DNA from: Candidatus Lustribacter sp.
Lineage (GTDB): Bacteria; Vulcanimicrobiota; Vulcanimicrobiia; Vulcanimicrobiales; Vulcanimicrobiaceae
Assembly (NCBI GenBank): GCA_965277805.1
Contig: OZ255842.1
Span: forward strand, 4,192,001 to 4,256,000
Length of the DNA: 64,000 nucleotides
Direction: 5' to 3'
A model generated the notes under the pieces. That model had not been told where the DNA came from. It ran no database searches and saw nothing but the letters and a program-made list of their open reading frames with translations. Every line of letters begins with the position of its first letter. Position 1 is the stretch's first letter. Below are positions 1 through 12,746 of this stretch, piece after piece. Position numbers and translations under genes: made by a program.

Positions 1-1
1 C

Positions 2-373
2 GCGAAGACGAAGGTCGAGCTCCTGCCGTTCACCGCGTGGCAGCTTGCGTACGGCGCGATCCCGATCGTGCTTATCGCGCTGCTCGTACCGGGCAGCTAC
101 GTGCACTTCACGCTGCAGTTTTCGCTCGCGCTCGCCTACATCGTGGTCCTCGGAACCGCGCTCGCGTTCTGGCTCTGGTTCTACATCATCGAGCGCCTGT
201 CGGCCACCGACACCGGCATCGCCTCACTGCTCACCCCGGTCGTCAGCGTGCTCCTCGCCTGGCTCCAACTGCACGAGAACCCCGGCATCCCCGAGTTGAT
301 CGGCATGACGCTGATCGTCGCCGCGCTGTTGATCAACACCACCGGTGTCACCCCGCCTTCGCGACGAGGCTAG
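2..373 (+). CDS. EamA/DMT family transporter (5' partial)
   Basis: Frame open from the window edge; hydrophobic helices with the EamA C-terminal pattern 'GTALAFWLWF...LLTPVVSVLLAWL.L.E...G..LI'. Confidence 0.85.
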   Translation, partial: AKTKVELLPFTAWQLAYGAIPIVLIALLVPGSYVHFTLQFSLALAYIVVLGTALAFWLWFYIIERLSATDTGIASLLTPVVSVLLAWLQLHENPGIPELIGMTLIVAALLINTTGVTPPSRRG

Positions 374-1320
374 AACGTTTGCCCTTCGCGGACCAGTTCG
401 TGTACGCTGAGGCCTTCAATAGCGGCGAGGCCCATCGAGATGCGGGCTTCGTCGGTGGCGGCGCCGATGTGCGGTGACGAGAGCATGTTCGGCAGGTTGA
501 TGAGCTTGTCGTTTATCGCCGGCTCGATTGCGAACACATCGAAGCATGCGGCGGCGAGTTTGTTCGTCGAGAGGCGCTCGAAGAGCACGTCCTCGTCGAC
601 GATGCCGCCGCGGCACGTGTTGACCAGCACGCAGTCGGGACGCAGCCGCGCGAGCACTTTTTCGTCGTACAGACCGATCGTTGCGGCGGTTTTGGGGACG
701 TGCAGCGTGAGCACTTCCGAGCGCTCGAGCAGCTCGTCGAACGATACCGGCTTCACGCCGTGTTCGCGGTAGAACTCGGGGTAGTCGGCGATGTCGTGTA
801 CGAGGATCTCGCAGTTGAACGGCTTGAGGAGCCGCACGACTTCCTTGCCGACGTTGCCGCAGCCGTGGATCCCGACAGTGCGGCCGGTGAGGCCCTTGCC
901 CAAACGCATCTGCGGACGCTCGCCGTTACGCATCGCGATGTTGAGCGGCATCACCCAGCGCAGTCCCGCAATGATATACGAAATCGTGAGTTCCGCGACT
1001 GCGAGTTTATTCGTGCCCGGCGTGTAGCCGAACAGGATCCCGTGCTTGCGCAGCGCGTCGAAGTCGAGCGTGTCGCAGCCGATGCCCATCTTGCCGATCA
1101 CCTTGAGATTGGGCAATGCCGAGAGCACGCGCTCGGTGACCGGCTCCATGCCGACGATCGCGCCGTCGCGATCGCGCAAGAGCTCGATGACTTCGTCTTC
1201 GGTCGGCTTCGATACGCTATCGCGGAATGTCGAGTCCGGATACTGCGCGAGCAGCTCGGCTCGCAGGAACGCATGCCGGGCGAAGAGGCCGTTGGTGACG
1301 CCGATCTTGGTAACGCGCAT
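370..1320 (-). CDS. D-isomer-specific 2-hydroxyacid dehydrogenase (phosphoglycerate dehydrogenase-like, no ACT domain)
   Basis: GxGxxG (GCGNVG), 'LVNTCRG', 'DVF..EP' and 'PHIG' motifs; ATG at 1320 preferred to the longer ORF-track start. Confidence 0.88.
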   Translation of the reverse strand: MRVTKIGVTNGLFARHAFLRAELLAQYPDSTFRDSVSKPTEDEVIELLRDRDGAIVGMEPVTERVLSALPNLKVIGKMGIGCDTLDFDALRKHGILFGYTPGTNKLAVAELTISYIIAGLRWVMPLNIAMRNGERPQMRLGKGLTGRTVGIHGCGNVGKEVVRLLKPFNCEILVHDIADYPEFYREHGVKPVSFDELLERSEVLTLHVPKTAATIGLYDEKVLARLRPDCVLVNTCRGGIVDEDVLFERLSTNKLAAACFDVFAIEPAINDKLINLPNMLSSPHIGAATDEARISMGLAAIEGLSVHELVREGQTF

Positions 1321-1352
1321 GCCGTCTCCTAGCTCCGCCCGCAACGATCGTC

Positions 1353-1775
1353 TTAGCTGGTGACGCCCGTAACCTTCAGCTTGGCGGTGGCGAAATCGAT
1401 CTTCGTTTGCGCACGCTTCCAGGCGGCGAGATCACTGCCGGCGTCGCGCTGCTCTTGCTGCGCGTGTGCGAGTTCGTCGCGGGTCGTGCCGACGTCGACT
1501 TCGTTCGCCGCGTAGGCGGCGTCGGTCAACACCGTAATTTTGTCGGGCAGTGCTTGCAGAAAGCCCTCGCCGCACGCCAACTCCATGCGCATGATGCCCG
1601 AGCCGTCGCGCACGTTCGCGCGCAGCACGCCGGGTTTGAGTGCCGTGAGAAACGGGGCGTGCGCGGGCAGAATGCCGACTTCGCCTTCGGTGCCGGTCAC
1701 GATGACCAACTCCGCGTCGCCCTCGAAAACGGTGGCGCGCGGGGTGATCAGCGTGAACGCAACGGCGTTTGCCAT
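1353..1775 (-). CDS. atpC: F1Fo ATP synthase epsilon subunit
   Basis: 'LITP...G..GEVGILPAHAP' beta-sandwich motif and helical C-terminus; follows atpD. Confidence 0.96.
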   Translation of the reverse strand: MANAVAFTLITPRATVFEGDAELVIVTGTEGEVGILPAHAPFLTALKPGVLRANVRDGSGIMRMELACGEGFLQALPDKITVLTDAAYAANEVDVGTTRDELAHAQQEQRDAGSDLAAWKRAQTKIDFATAKLKVTGVTS

Positions 1776-5652
<3,877 letters not shown>

Positions 5653-5663
5653 GGTCTCTTTCT

Positions 5664-6200
5664 CTAGTTCGTACTGAGCATGCGGGCGAGGTCGTCTAGC
5701 CGTCCCGCGATCGTTCCGTCGATGCGCTTATCGCCCATCGTTATGCGAACGCCGCCGATCAAGTCGGGATCGACGTTTTGGGTCACGTCAAAAGGCGTTT
5801 TGAACGCCGCGGTGAGTTTGGCCACCAGCGCGTCGAGATCGGCCTTCGAGAGCGGCCGGGCACTGGTCACGTTGAGCGTTTGGGCGCCGCGCGCTTGGCG
5901 TTCGAGGATGTCGTACTGCGCGACGATCTCGGGCGCGAGGCCTTCGCGGCGCTTGCGGATCAGCAGCAAGATCGCGTGCAGCGCGACGTCGTTCAGCTGG
6001 TCGAACGCTTGCGCGATCACCGCGCTCTTCTCGTTGCGGTCGACGACCGGCGAGCGGAAGAAGCGGTTCACGTCGGCATCGGCGTCGAGCGCCGCCACGA
6101 ACGTGTGCAGATCGTGACCGACGCGGTCGACCGCACCGGCTTCGGTGGCCAGTTGGAAGATCGCCGTCGCGTAGCGGCGGGCTAAGGTTTCGTTCGGCAT
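5664..6200 (-). CDS. atpH: F1Fo ATP synthase delta subunit
   Basis: 'ARRYA.A' N-terminus and 'VDP.LIGG....GD..IDG' C-terminus. Confidence 0.96.
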   Translation of the reverse strand: MPNETLARRYATAIFQLATEAGAVDRVGHDLHTFVAALDADADVNRFFRSPVVDRNEKSAVIAQAFDQLNDVALHAILLLIRKRREGLAPEIVAQYDILERQARGAQTLNVTSARPLSKADLDALVAKLTAAFKTPFDVTQNVDPDLIGGVRITMGDKRIDGTIAGRLDDLARMLSTN

Positions 6201-6691
6201 CAGGCGCCCGTTCCGATCGTCAAATCGTCGACGGTCTTCGCGACCAGCTTCGTATCCTCGGCCGGGGTGAGTTCTTCGGCCGCGAGCGCGCGCGCACGAT
6301 TGAGGGCCTGCTCGATGAACTCGATGCGCAGCTTGTCGCGGCCGGCGATGCGTCCGCGATCGAGCTCGCCGCGCGCGTTATGCACGAGCCGCAGCCCTTC
6401 GCGCCGCGCGTCGGCGACGATCGTCTCGTGTTCGTGGCGGGCGTCGGTTTCGGCGCGGGTTAGGATCGCTTGAGCGTCGCGGTCGGCCGCCTCGACCTCA
6501 CCGCGGGCTTCAGCCACGTCCAAGCGCAGGTCTTCTCGCCGCTGTTCCGTGTTGACGAGGTCGGAGTTGCGCGAGATCTCGCCCGCGCGAACGGCCGGCA
6601 AGACGAACTTGCGGAACAGCCAGATCGAGACGATGAGGAACGCGAAGCCTCCGATGATCTCGCTGTACTGCGCGATCGTTTCGTAACTCAT
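6200..6691 (-). CDS. atpF: F1Fo ATP synthase b subunit
   Basis: Likely start MSYETIAQ (ATG 6691); single N-terminal TM helix then charged coiled coil; operon position. Confidence 0.88.
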   Translation of the reverse strand: MSYETIAQYSEIIGGFAFLIVSIWLFRKFVLPAVRAGEISRNSDLVNTEQRREDLRLDVAEARGEVEAADRDAQAILTRAETDARHEHETIVADARREGLRLVHNARGELDRGRIAGRDKLRIEFIEQALNRARALAAEELTPAEDTKLVAKTVDDLTIGTGA

Positions 6692-7125
6692 CGGCTCACC
6701 ACTTCCGGACCGACGGCGCGTTCGAGCATCTCGCGCGCCAGCGCTTCGACCACGGCCGCGCCGCTGATCCGCGCTTGGGCGAGCTCGAGTGCCGCCGTGG
6801 CTTGCGCCTCGGCGATGATCGCGCCGGCCTGCTCTTGATGCTCGGCGACGATCGTCGCGGCCTCGGCTTGTGCTTCGGCGCGTGCTGCCGCCACCATCGC
6901 GTCGGCTTTGCGGCGCGCAGCGGCACGCCGCTCGTCCGCCTGGACGCACAGCGACTTCAAGTCGTACTCGAACTGCGCGATGTCCGCACCGACCTTGTCG
7001 ATGTACGCACGCCGCGCCGCGATCGCCGAGCCCACGGGCTTGAGGAAGATCACGTTGAGGATGACCAGGAAGATGATGAAGTTGACGAGCTGGACGACCA
7101 GCGTTCCGTCAAGCGAGAGCAGCAT
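6688..7125 (-). CDS. atpF2: F1Fo ATP synthase b' (second b-type) subunit
   Basis: 'LDGTLVVQLVNF.IFL.IL...FLKP' matches b'; coiled coil; lies between atpE and atpF. Confidence 0.9.
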   Translation of the reverse strand: MLLSLDGTLVVQLVNFIIFLVILNVIFLKPVGSAIAARRAYIDKVGADIAQFEYDLKSLCVQADERRAAARRKADAMVAAARAEAQAEAATIVAEHQEQAGAIIAEAQATAALELAQARISGAAVVEALAREMLERAVGPEVVSR

Positions 7126-7139
7126 TTACTGGTGGCGTC

Positions 7140-7418
7140 TCATTTCAGCATCGAAGCAACGAGACTCGGCACGTTGGCAACGACGAAGAACAGATAGAAC
7201 CCGAGCACCAGCGCGATGATCGGGAACGCTTCCAGAATGCCGACGCCGAGGAAGAAGAACGTGAAGATGTTGCCACGGGCTTCCGGCTGACGTGCGATCG
7301 ACTCGACGGCTTTCGAGGCAACGATACCGTCACCGATCGCGGAACCGACGGCGACACCGAAAACGATCAGTGAAAAGCCGAGGATCAGGACGGCAACGAT
7401 GAGGGTCTGAGCGGTCAC
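7140..7418 (-). CDS. atpE: F1Fo ATP synthase c subunit
   Basis: Two TM helices, RQPE loop, conserved Glu in 'ILEAFP'; SD AAAGG upstream of the GTG. Confidence 0.97.
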   Translation of the reverse strand: MTAQTLIVAVLILGFSLIVFGVAVGSAIGDGIVASKAVESIARQPEARGNIFTFFFLGVGILEAFPIIALVLGFYLFFVVANVPSLVASMLK

Positions 7419-7446
7419 AAGAATACCTTTCTAAGGTCCGACGAGA

Positions 7447-8253
7447 CTAATTGTTCAGAACGGCGGAGTGCGCGTCGGTGGCCGTGAGCTCGCGCTCATG
7501 GGGGCCCGGCGCGTGGTGCTCTTCCTCGTGGCCCTGCGTGGCCAAGGAGAGATACACGATGGTGAGGAGCGTGAAGACGAACGCTTGGATCGTCCCGATG
7601 AAAAAGTTGAAGAACTCGACGCCGAACGGCACGACCGTCGCGACGAGGGAGAGGTTGATCGGCCCGATCGTGACGTCGGCCGCGATGATCGTGGCGACGA
7701 CGAAGAGCAGCAGGTCACCGGCCAGGATGTTGAAGGCGAGGCGCATCGCGAGCACGACCGGCCGCGCGATCTCCTCGATCAGGTTGATCGGGAAGAGCGG
7801 CCAGAACGGCTGGAAGAGGTGCCCGTAGGCCTTGATGCCGGCGCCGCGGATCGCGACGAACTGGATGCCGAAAAACACGAAGAGCGCGAGCGCGGCGGTC
7901 GTGTTCAGGTCGGCCGTCGGCGATCCGCCGAAGGGCAGGTTCATCTGTTTGAACGGCAGGAGCCCGAACTGGTTGAGCGTCCAGATGAAGATGAAGATCG
8001 CGACGAACACCGGCACGAATCGCTCGCCCGCGCGTCCCAGCGTGCCGACAGCAAGATCGGCTAGGTAATTGATGATCCCTTCGAACGTCGCTTGCGTCTT
8101 GTTGACGCGGTTCGTCCGGTACGACGTACCGAGGTAATAGAAGAACGCCAGCGACAGGATCATCACGACCCAGGTCGTGAGGATCGTGTCTGCGTGGACC
8201 GCTCCTACGACCGGCCAGGTCCAGAGCGGATGTTCTCCGATCTTCTCGTGCAC
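7447..8253 (-). CDS. atpB: F1Fo ATP synthase a subunit
   Basis: 'PTADLNTT', essential Arg in 'LAMRL..N..AG' and 'IQAFVF.LL'. Confidence 0.96.
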   Translation of the reverse strand: MHEKIGEHPLWTWPVVGAVHADTILTTWVVMILSLAFFYYLGTSYRTNRVNKTQATFEGIINYLADLAVGTLGRAGERFVPVFVAIFIFIWTLNQFGLLPFKQMNLPFGGSPTADLNTTAALALFVFFGIQFVAIRGAGIKAYGHLFQPFWPLFPINLIEEIARPVVLAMRLAFNILAGDLLLFVVATIIAADVTIGPINLSLVATVVPFGVEFFNFFIGTIQAFVFTLLTIVYLSLATQGHEEEHHAPGPHERELTATDAHSAVLNN

Positions 8254-8256
8254 GAA

Positions 8257-8703
8257 CTACTCCGTTGAATACTCTTGACGTAACGCTAGCCCGTACACGA
8301 CGAGCGGCGTAAAAAATCCGGCGAGCGCGACGCCCATCGACCACCATGGTCCGGTCACCGCGGAGAACACCGGAACGATACCAATTCCCAGAATCCGGAC
8401 CACGTTTACCAGCCCGTACACACCACGCGAGCGTCTTCCGGCGAGGAGACGCTCGTTGTTGCGCATGATCAGCCACATGTTACCCAGTCCGCACGCCGCC
8501 CCGAGCAGCAGGTCGAAACCCAGCACCGGGAGCCGCGAGACCGCCAAAATGACGGCAACAGGGACAAGGAACAGGAGCGACCGGAACCCCACCGACCGCC
8601 GCCGCGCGATATACGCGTCAACTGCGGCCGAGGCTTCGGCGCCCTGCGTATTGTCGCCGATTTCGGCCATCCCCTCTCGGACTTTTGACGGAGACGGTTT
8701 CAT
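8257..8703 (-). CDS. atpI: ATP synthase protein I (AtpI/UncI-like membrane protein)
   Basis: About four TM helices, directly upstream of atpB; alternative start at ATG 8670. Confidence 0.72.
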   Translation of the reverse strand: MKPSPSKVREGMAEIGDNTQGAEASAAVDAYIARRRSVGFRSLLFLVPVAVILAVSRLPVLGFDLLLGAACGLGNMWLIMRNNERLLAGRRSRGVYGLVNVVRILGIGIVPVFSAVTGPWWSMGVALAGFFTPLVVYGLALRQEYSTE

Positions 8704-8749
8704 CCTTTGTTGACCACCGGACGGAAATCATTTCCGCTGGCCGGTCTCG

Positions 8750-9913
8750 CTATGCGGCGACCAGAAACTCAGCCGGTTTCGGACCCGTCCGGAGTTTCCA
8801 CAGCAACCAAGCGACGATGCGTTCCGCGGCGTGGCCGTCGCCGTAGGGATTCGAGGCTCGCGCCATCGCCGTGTACACGCCGTCCGTATCCTCGAGGAGC
8901 CGGCGGCTCCAGGCGACGATCTCGGCGGGCTCGGCCCCAACCAGGCGCAGGGTCCCGGCCTCGAGGCCCTCGGGGCGCTCGGTCTCCCGGCGCATTACCA
9001 AAACCGGCTTGCCGAGGGTCGGCGCCTCCTCTTGGAGCCCGCCCGAGTCGGTCAGCACGAAGCGCGACCGCGTCACGGCCGCAACGGTCGAGGCGTAGTC
9101 GAGCGGCTCGGTCAGCCGGATCCCGTCGACGCCGGTCAGGAGCGGCCGGATGACCGGACCCACCTGAGGCGAGGGATGGAGCGGCCAGAGGATCTGCGGC
9201 CGCTGCGGGAAGGCCGCGATCGCCTTGATGGCCTGCGCGATGCCCGGCATCGCGGCATGGTTCTCGCGCCGGTGCGCGGTGACGAAGATCAGCGGACGCT
9301 CGGGGTCGAGCCCGGCCAGTGCCTCGGGCACCGGACGCCGTTCGAGCCGGCGGGTCGCATCGAGGAACGCGTCAATCACGGTGTTGCCGGTGACGATCAC
9401 CTCGTGGTCGTCGAGCCGCTCGGCCAGCAGGTTCGCTTTGGACCCGGCCGTGGGCGCGAAGTCGTAGCTCGCGATCACGCCGGTGAGCCGGCGGTTGAGC
9501 TCCTCGGGAAACGGCTCGTTGATCGTGGCGGTCCGCAGGCCGGCCTCGACGTGACCGACCGGAATCTTCGCATAGAAACAGGCCAGCGCCGTTGCAGTCG
9601 ACGTGGTCGTGTCGCCGTGCACGAGCACGACGTCGGGCTGATGCTGCGCCAGCACCGGCTCCATGCCGATCAGCACGCGCGTGGTGATGTCGGTCAGGGT
9701 CTGCGTTTTCGTCATGATGTTGAGATCGACGTCGGGCACGATCTCGAAGAGCCGCATGACGTCGTCGACCATCTCGCGATGTTGCGCGGTCACGCACACG
9801 ATCGTTTGGATCGCCGGCGCCGCCGCTTTCAGCGCCGCAACGACCGGCGCCATCTTGATCGTGTCGGGCCGCGTGCCCATGACGACCATAATCTTGAGCG
9901 GATTGACTGCCAC
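8750..9913 (-). CDS. wecB: UDP-N-acetylglucosamine 2-epimerase (non-hydrolysing)
   Basis: GTRP, HGDT, HVEAGLR, PFPEE.NR, HRREN, TDSGG.QEEAP and TERPE. Confidence 0.96.
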   Translation of the reverse strand: MAVNPLKIMVVMGTRPDTIKMAPVVAALKAAAPAIQTIVCVTAQHREMVDDVMRLFEIVPDVDLNIMTKTQTLTDITTRVLIGMEPVLAQHQPDVVLVHGDTTTSTATALACFYAKIPVGHVEAGLRTATINEPFPEELNRRLTGVIASYDFAPTAGSKANLLAERLDDHEVIVTGNTVIDAFLDATRRLERRPVPEALAGLDPERPLIFVTAHRRENHAAMPGIAQAIKAIAAFPQRPQILWPLHPSPQVGPVIRPLLTGVDGIRLTEPLDYASTVAAVTRSRFVLTDSGGLQEEAPTLGKPVLVMRRETERPEGLEAGTLRLVGAEPAEIVAWSRRLLEDTDGVYTAMARASNPYGDGHAAERIVAWLLWKLRTGPKPAEFLVAA

Positions 9914-10959
9914 TACGGGGGTGTACCCGCCATCACGGAAATTCCCGCCTGTGCGAGGCGCAACGACGCAACGCCGCCCGAGAGCAGGAACGCTACGATG
10001 CCGAGCGCCGCACAGAGCACGTAGATCAGCAGCACCGCTTGCCGCACGTTGAGCCCGAAGCGGAATACCAGCTGATGGTGGAAGTGGCCGCGATCACCTT
10101 CGGTGATCTTCTTCCCCATCGACGTGCGGCGTACGATCGTGACGGCCGTATCGAGAATCGGCAGCGCCAGCGCCACGAGCGGAATGAGCAGCGAGATCGT
10201 GAACGCGGTTTTCGAGGTGCCGATGATTGAGACGGTTGCGAACACGTAGCCGATGAAGAGCGCGCCCGAATCGCCGAGAATGATCGTGGCCGGATTGTAG
10301 TTGAAGGGCAGGAAGCCGAGCGCGCCGCCGACCAGCGCCGCCAGCACCAGCGCGAGTTCGGGATGACCGTGACCGACCGCGATGATCGCGAGCGACGCAC
10401 CGGAGATCGCGGTGAGTCCCGAGAGCAAGCCGTCGAGCCCGTCGATGAAGTTGATGGCGTTCATCATGCCGACGTACCAGATCAGCGAGAGCGCATAGTT
10501 CCACGGCACCGCGAAGTGGATGTAGTTGCCGCGCGCGAACGGATTCTCAATGTCCTTGATGACGAATCCGTAGAGCAGCGAGATGCCGGCGACGATGATC
10601 TGCGCGACGAACTTGTTGCGCGGACGCATCCCCATGATGTCGTCCCAGATGCCGACCATCAAGATCAGCGTGCCGCCGAAGAGCATGCCGATGACGTCGT
10701 GGATCTTGTCGAAGTCGCGCAACTGATTGCGCGCGATCAAATAGCCGAGCACCGAAAAGAGCGCGAACGCAAAGCCGAGGAAGACCGCGATGCCGCCGAT
10801 GCGCGGCTTCGGCTGCTCGTGCATGCGGCGCTCGCCGATCTCGTCGACCATGCCGACGTGGGTCGCGAGCTTGCGCACGAGCGGGGTCGCGAAGGCGGCG
10901 GTCAAGGCCGCGAGCCCGACGACGACTCCCAGAATCGGCAGCAGGGTCAACGGAGTCAT
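9913..10959 (-). CDS. MraY/WecA/TagO family undecaprenyl-phosphate GlcNAc-1-phosphate transferase
   Basis: Polytopic membrane protein with 'P..GG', 'G.WDD', 'NAINFIDGLDGL', 'LGDSG' and 'HFHH'; start MTPLT at 10959. Confidence 0.93.
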   Translation of the reverse strand: MTPLTLLPILGVVVGLAALTAAFATPLVRKLATHVGMVDEIGERRMHEQPKPRIGGIAVFLGFAFALFSVLGYLIARNQLRDFDKIHDVIGMLFGGTLILMVGIWDDIMGMRPRNKFVAQIIVAGISLLYGFVIKDIENPFARGNYIHFAVPWNYALSLIWYVGMMNAINFIDGLDGLLSGLTAISGASLAIIAVGHGHPELALVLAALVGGALGFLPFNYNPATIILGDSGALFIGYVFATVSIIGTSKTAFTISLLIPLVALALPILDTAVTIVRRTSMGKKITEGDRGHFHHQLVFRFGLNVRQAVLLIYVLCAALGIVAFLLSGGVASLRLAQAGISVMAGTPP

Positions 10960-11396
10960 GCCGGCGTCACCACCGGCGCCGGCACGTGTTTGACCGTCAC
11001 GCCGGCTTCGGCCAGCAAGTCTGTCGCGATCGCATCCGGATAAGCGACTTCGTACACGATCTCCACTACGCCCGCGCTGATGAGGAGTTTCGAGCAGTTC
11101 ACGCAGGGCTCGTGCGTGCAATAGGCCGTCGCGCCGGCCAGCCCGACCCCGTGTAGTGCGCCTTGAACGATTGCATTAGCTTCAGCATGCACGGCACGCT
11201 GGCAATGGTCGTGGACCACCAGACATCCGGCCTCGAGACAATGCGCAACGCCCCGCGGCGCCCCGTTATAGCCGGTGGTGAGGATCCGGTGCTCCCGCGT
11301 GAGCACGCAGCCGACGCTGGCCCGCGGGCACGTCGCCCGGGTCGCGACCGTTCGCGCAATTTGAAGAAAGTAGTCATCCCACGCCGGCCGCGCCAT
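10956..11396 (-). CDS. dCMP deaminase / ComEB family zinc deaminase
   Basis: 'RP.WD.YF', 'TGYNG.P', HAE and PCxxC motifs. Confidence 0.92.
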   Translation of the reverse strand: MARPAWDDYFLQIARTVATRATCPRASVGCVLTREHRILTTGYNGAPRGVAHCLEAGCLVVHDHCQRAVHAEANAIVQGALHGVGLAGATAYCTHEPCVNCSKLLISAGVVEIVYEVAYPDAIATDLLAEAGVTVKHVPAPVVTPA

Positions 11397-11513
11397 CCAA
11401 TCTATCTTCGGCATTCCGGCGGCCGAGCCCATCTCGCCTACCTGAGGGGTGCGCAATAGGGCGTTCGGCACTTGCTCCGGGGCGGCAGGCGCGGCAAACT
11501 CTTGCCAACGCAC

Positions 11514-11771
11514 GTGTTACTCGCATACTTGATCGGCTTGATCGCAATCTGTACCGGCCTTCTGCTCGTGGCGACGGCGGTCACGATCAAAAACTATTGG
11601 CTCCTCCGGGAACTCTTGGAGGGTGCGCCTGCGGGGCGCCACGAGTCTGCCGCGCTCCCTGAGCCGAAATTCGAATACTACGATTCCGCCGCTGCCGATC
11701 CGCGCGATCCGGATGACATCGAGTGGACGGGCCGGGTCGAACCGTACACGCCGGCCGGGCGGGAGCACTAG
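11514..11771 (+). CDS. small hypothetical single-TM membrane protein
   Basis: GTG start, one hydrophobic helix, acidic tail; fills the gap between dCMP deaminase and the SBP. Confidence 0.5.
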   Translation: MLLAYLIGLIAICTGLLLVATAVTIKNYWLLRELLEGAPAGRHESAALPEPKFEYYDSAAADPRDPDDIEWTGRVEPYTPAGREH

Positions 11772-11809
11772 CGTAGGCCCTTCCGGGGACCGAACGAACT
11801 CGTCGCCCG

Positions 11810-12745
11810 ATGAGACGTGGGCGCGCTGCGGCGCTGTTGCTCGGCGGCGCTGCGCTAGGGGCGTTCCCGCTGCCCGGTGGAACGCAGGAGGCCGCCCCGC
11901 TGCGGATCGGGACGTTCGCGGTCGAGAACGGCCTGCAGCCGTTCTATGCGCGCGATAACGGATTTTTCACCGGCGCCGGCATCAACGCCGACGTGCAGCT
12001 CTTACCGGGCAGTGCCGCGATCGCGGCCGGGATCGTCTCGAACTCGATCGACGTCGGCTACGGTGCGATCGACGTGCTGGCCACGCTGCATTCGAAATCG
12101 ATTCCGGTCGCCGTGATCGCCCCGGGCGGCGAGTATCTTGCGCCGGTCACCTCGCGCGTCGCCGCGATCATGGTGCCGGCGAATTCCACCGTCAGAACGG
12201 CCAAGGATCTGAACGGCAAGGTCGTCGCTGCCAACTCGCTGCACAGCCTTGCCGATGCCGTGCCGAAGTTGTGGGTCGACCAGAACGGCGGCGATTCGTC
12301 CTCGCTCAAGTTCGTCGAAATGCCGTTCGCCGCGATGCCGGCTGCCTTCGACGCCGGCCGCGTCGACGCGGCGCTGATTTCGGAACCGTTCATGGGCGCC
12401 GCTGCGAAAAGCGGGCGCGTGCTCGTGTACGGCTACGACTGCATCGCCAAGCACTTCTTACTCGGCGCCTGGTTCGCGACACCGCAATGGGCGAAAGATC
12501 ACCCCGATGTGATCGCCCGTTTCCGGACCGGCATGCGCCAAGCCGCGACGTGGTCCAACGCGAACCCCGTCAAGACCGGCGAGCTGCTCGCGAAATATAC
12601 GAAGATCGATCCCGCCTACATCGCTACGATGACGCGCGCACGATTCGGCGAGCAACTGACGCCGGCACTGATGCAGCCGCTGATCGACGTCGCCGCGAAG
12701 TTCGGCCCGTTCCCCGCCTTCCCGGCACGGGAACTGATCTTCTAG
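11810..12745 (+). CDS. ABC transporter substrate-binding protein, SsuA/NMT1-THI5 type (orphan)
   Basis: Signal-like N-terminus; 'G.F...G', 'DL.GK.VA', 'EMPF' and 'GRVDAA...EP'. Confidence 0.88.
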   Translation: MRRGRAAALLLGGAALGAFPLPGGTQEAAPLRIGTFAVENGLQPFYARDNGFFTGAGINADVQLLPGSAAIAAGIVSNSIDVGYGAIDVLATLHSKSIPVAVIAPGGEYLAPVTSRVAAIMVPANSTVRTAKDLNGKVVAANSLHSLADAVPKLWVDQNGGDSSSLKFVEMPFAAMPAAFDAGRVDAALISEPFMGAAAKSGRVLVYGYDCIAKHFLLGAWFATPQWAKDHPDVIARFRTGMRQAATWSNANPVKTGELLAKYTKIDPAYIATMTRARFGEQLTPALMQPLIDVAAKFGPFPAFPARELIF

Positions 12746-12746
12746 G

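Noticed and set aside
6692-6949. Long N-terminal extensions in the ORF track (atpF here; also the WecA-like gene, glyA, GT2 40464-42179 and the C39 gene)
   Set aside because: Low-complexity Arg-rich extensions overlapping upstream genes; downstream starts give family-typical lengths and stop/start overlaps
7140-7418. Na+-translocating ATP synthase
   Set aside because: The c subunit has E-A-F rather than the E-S/T...Y Na+ signature
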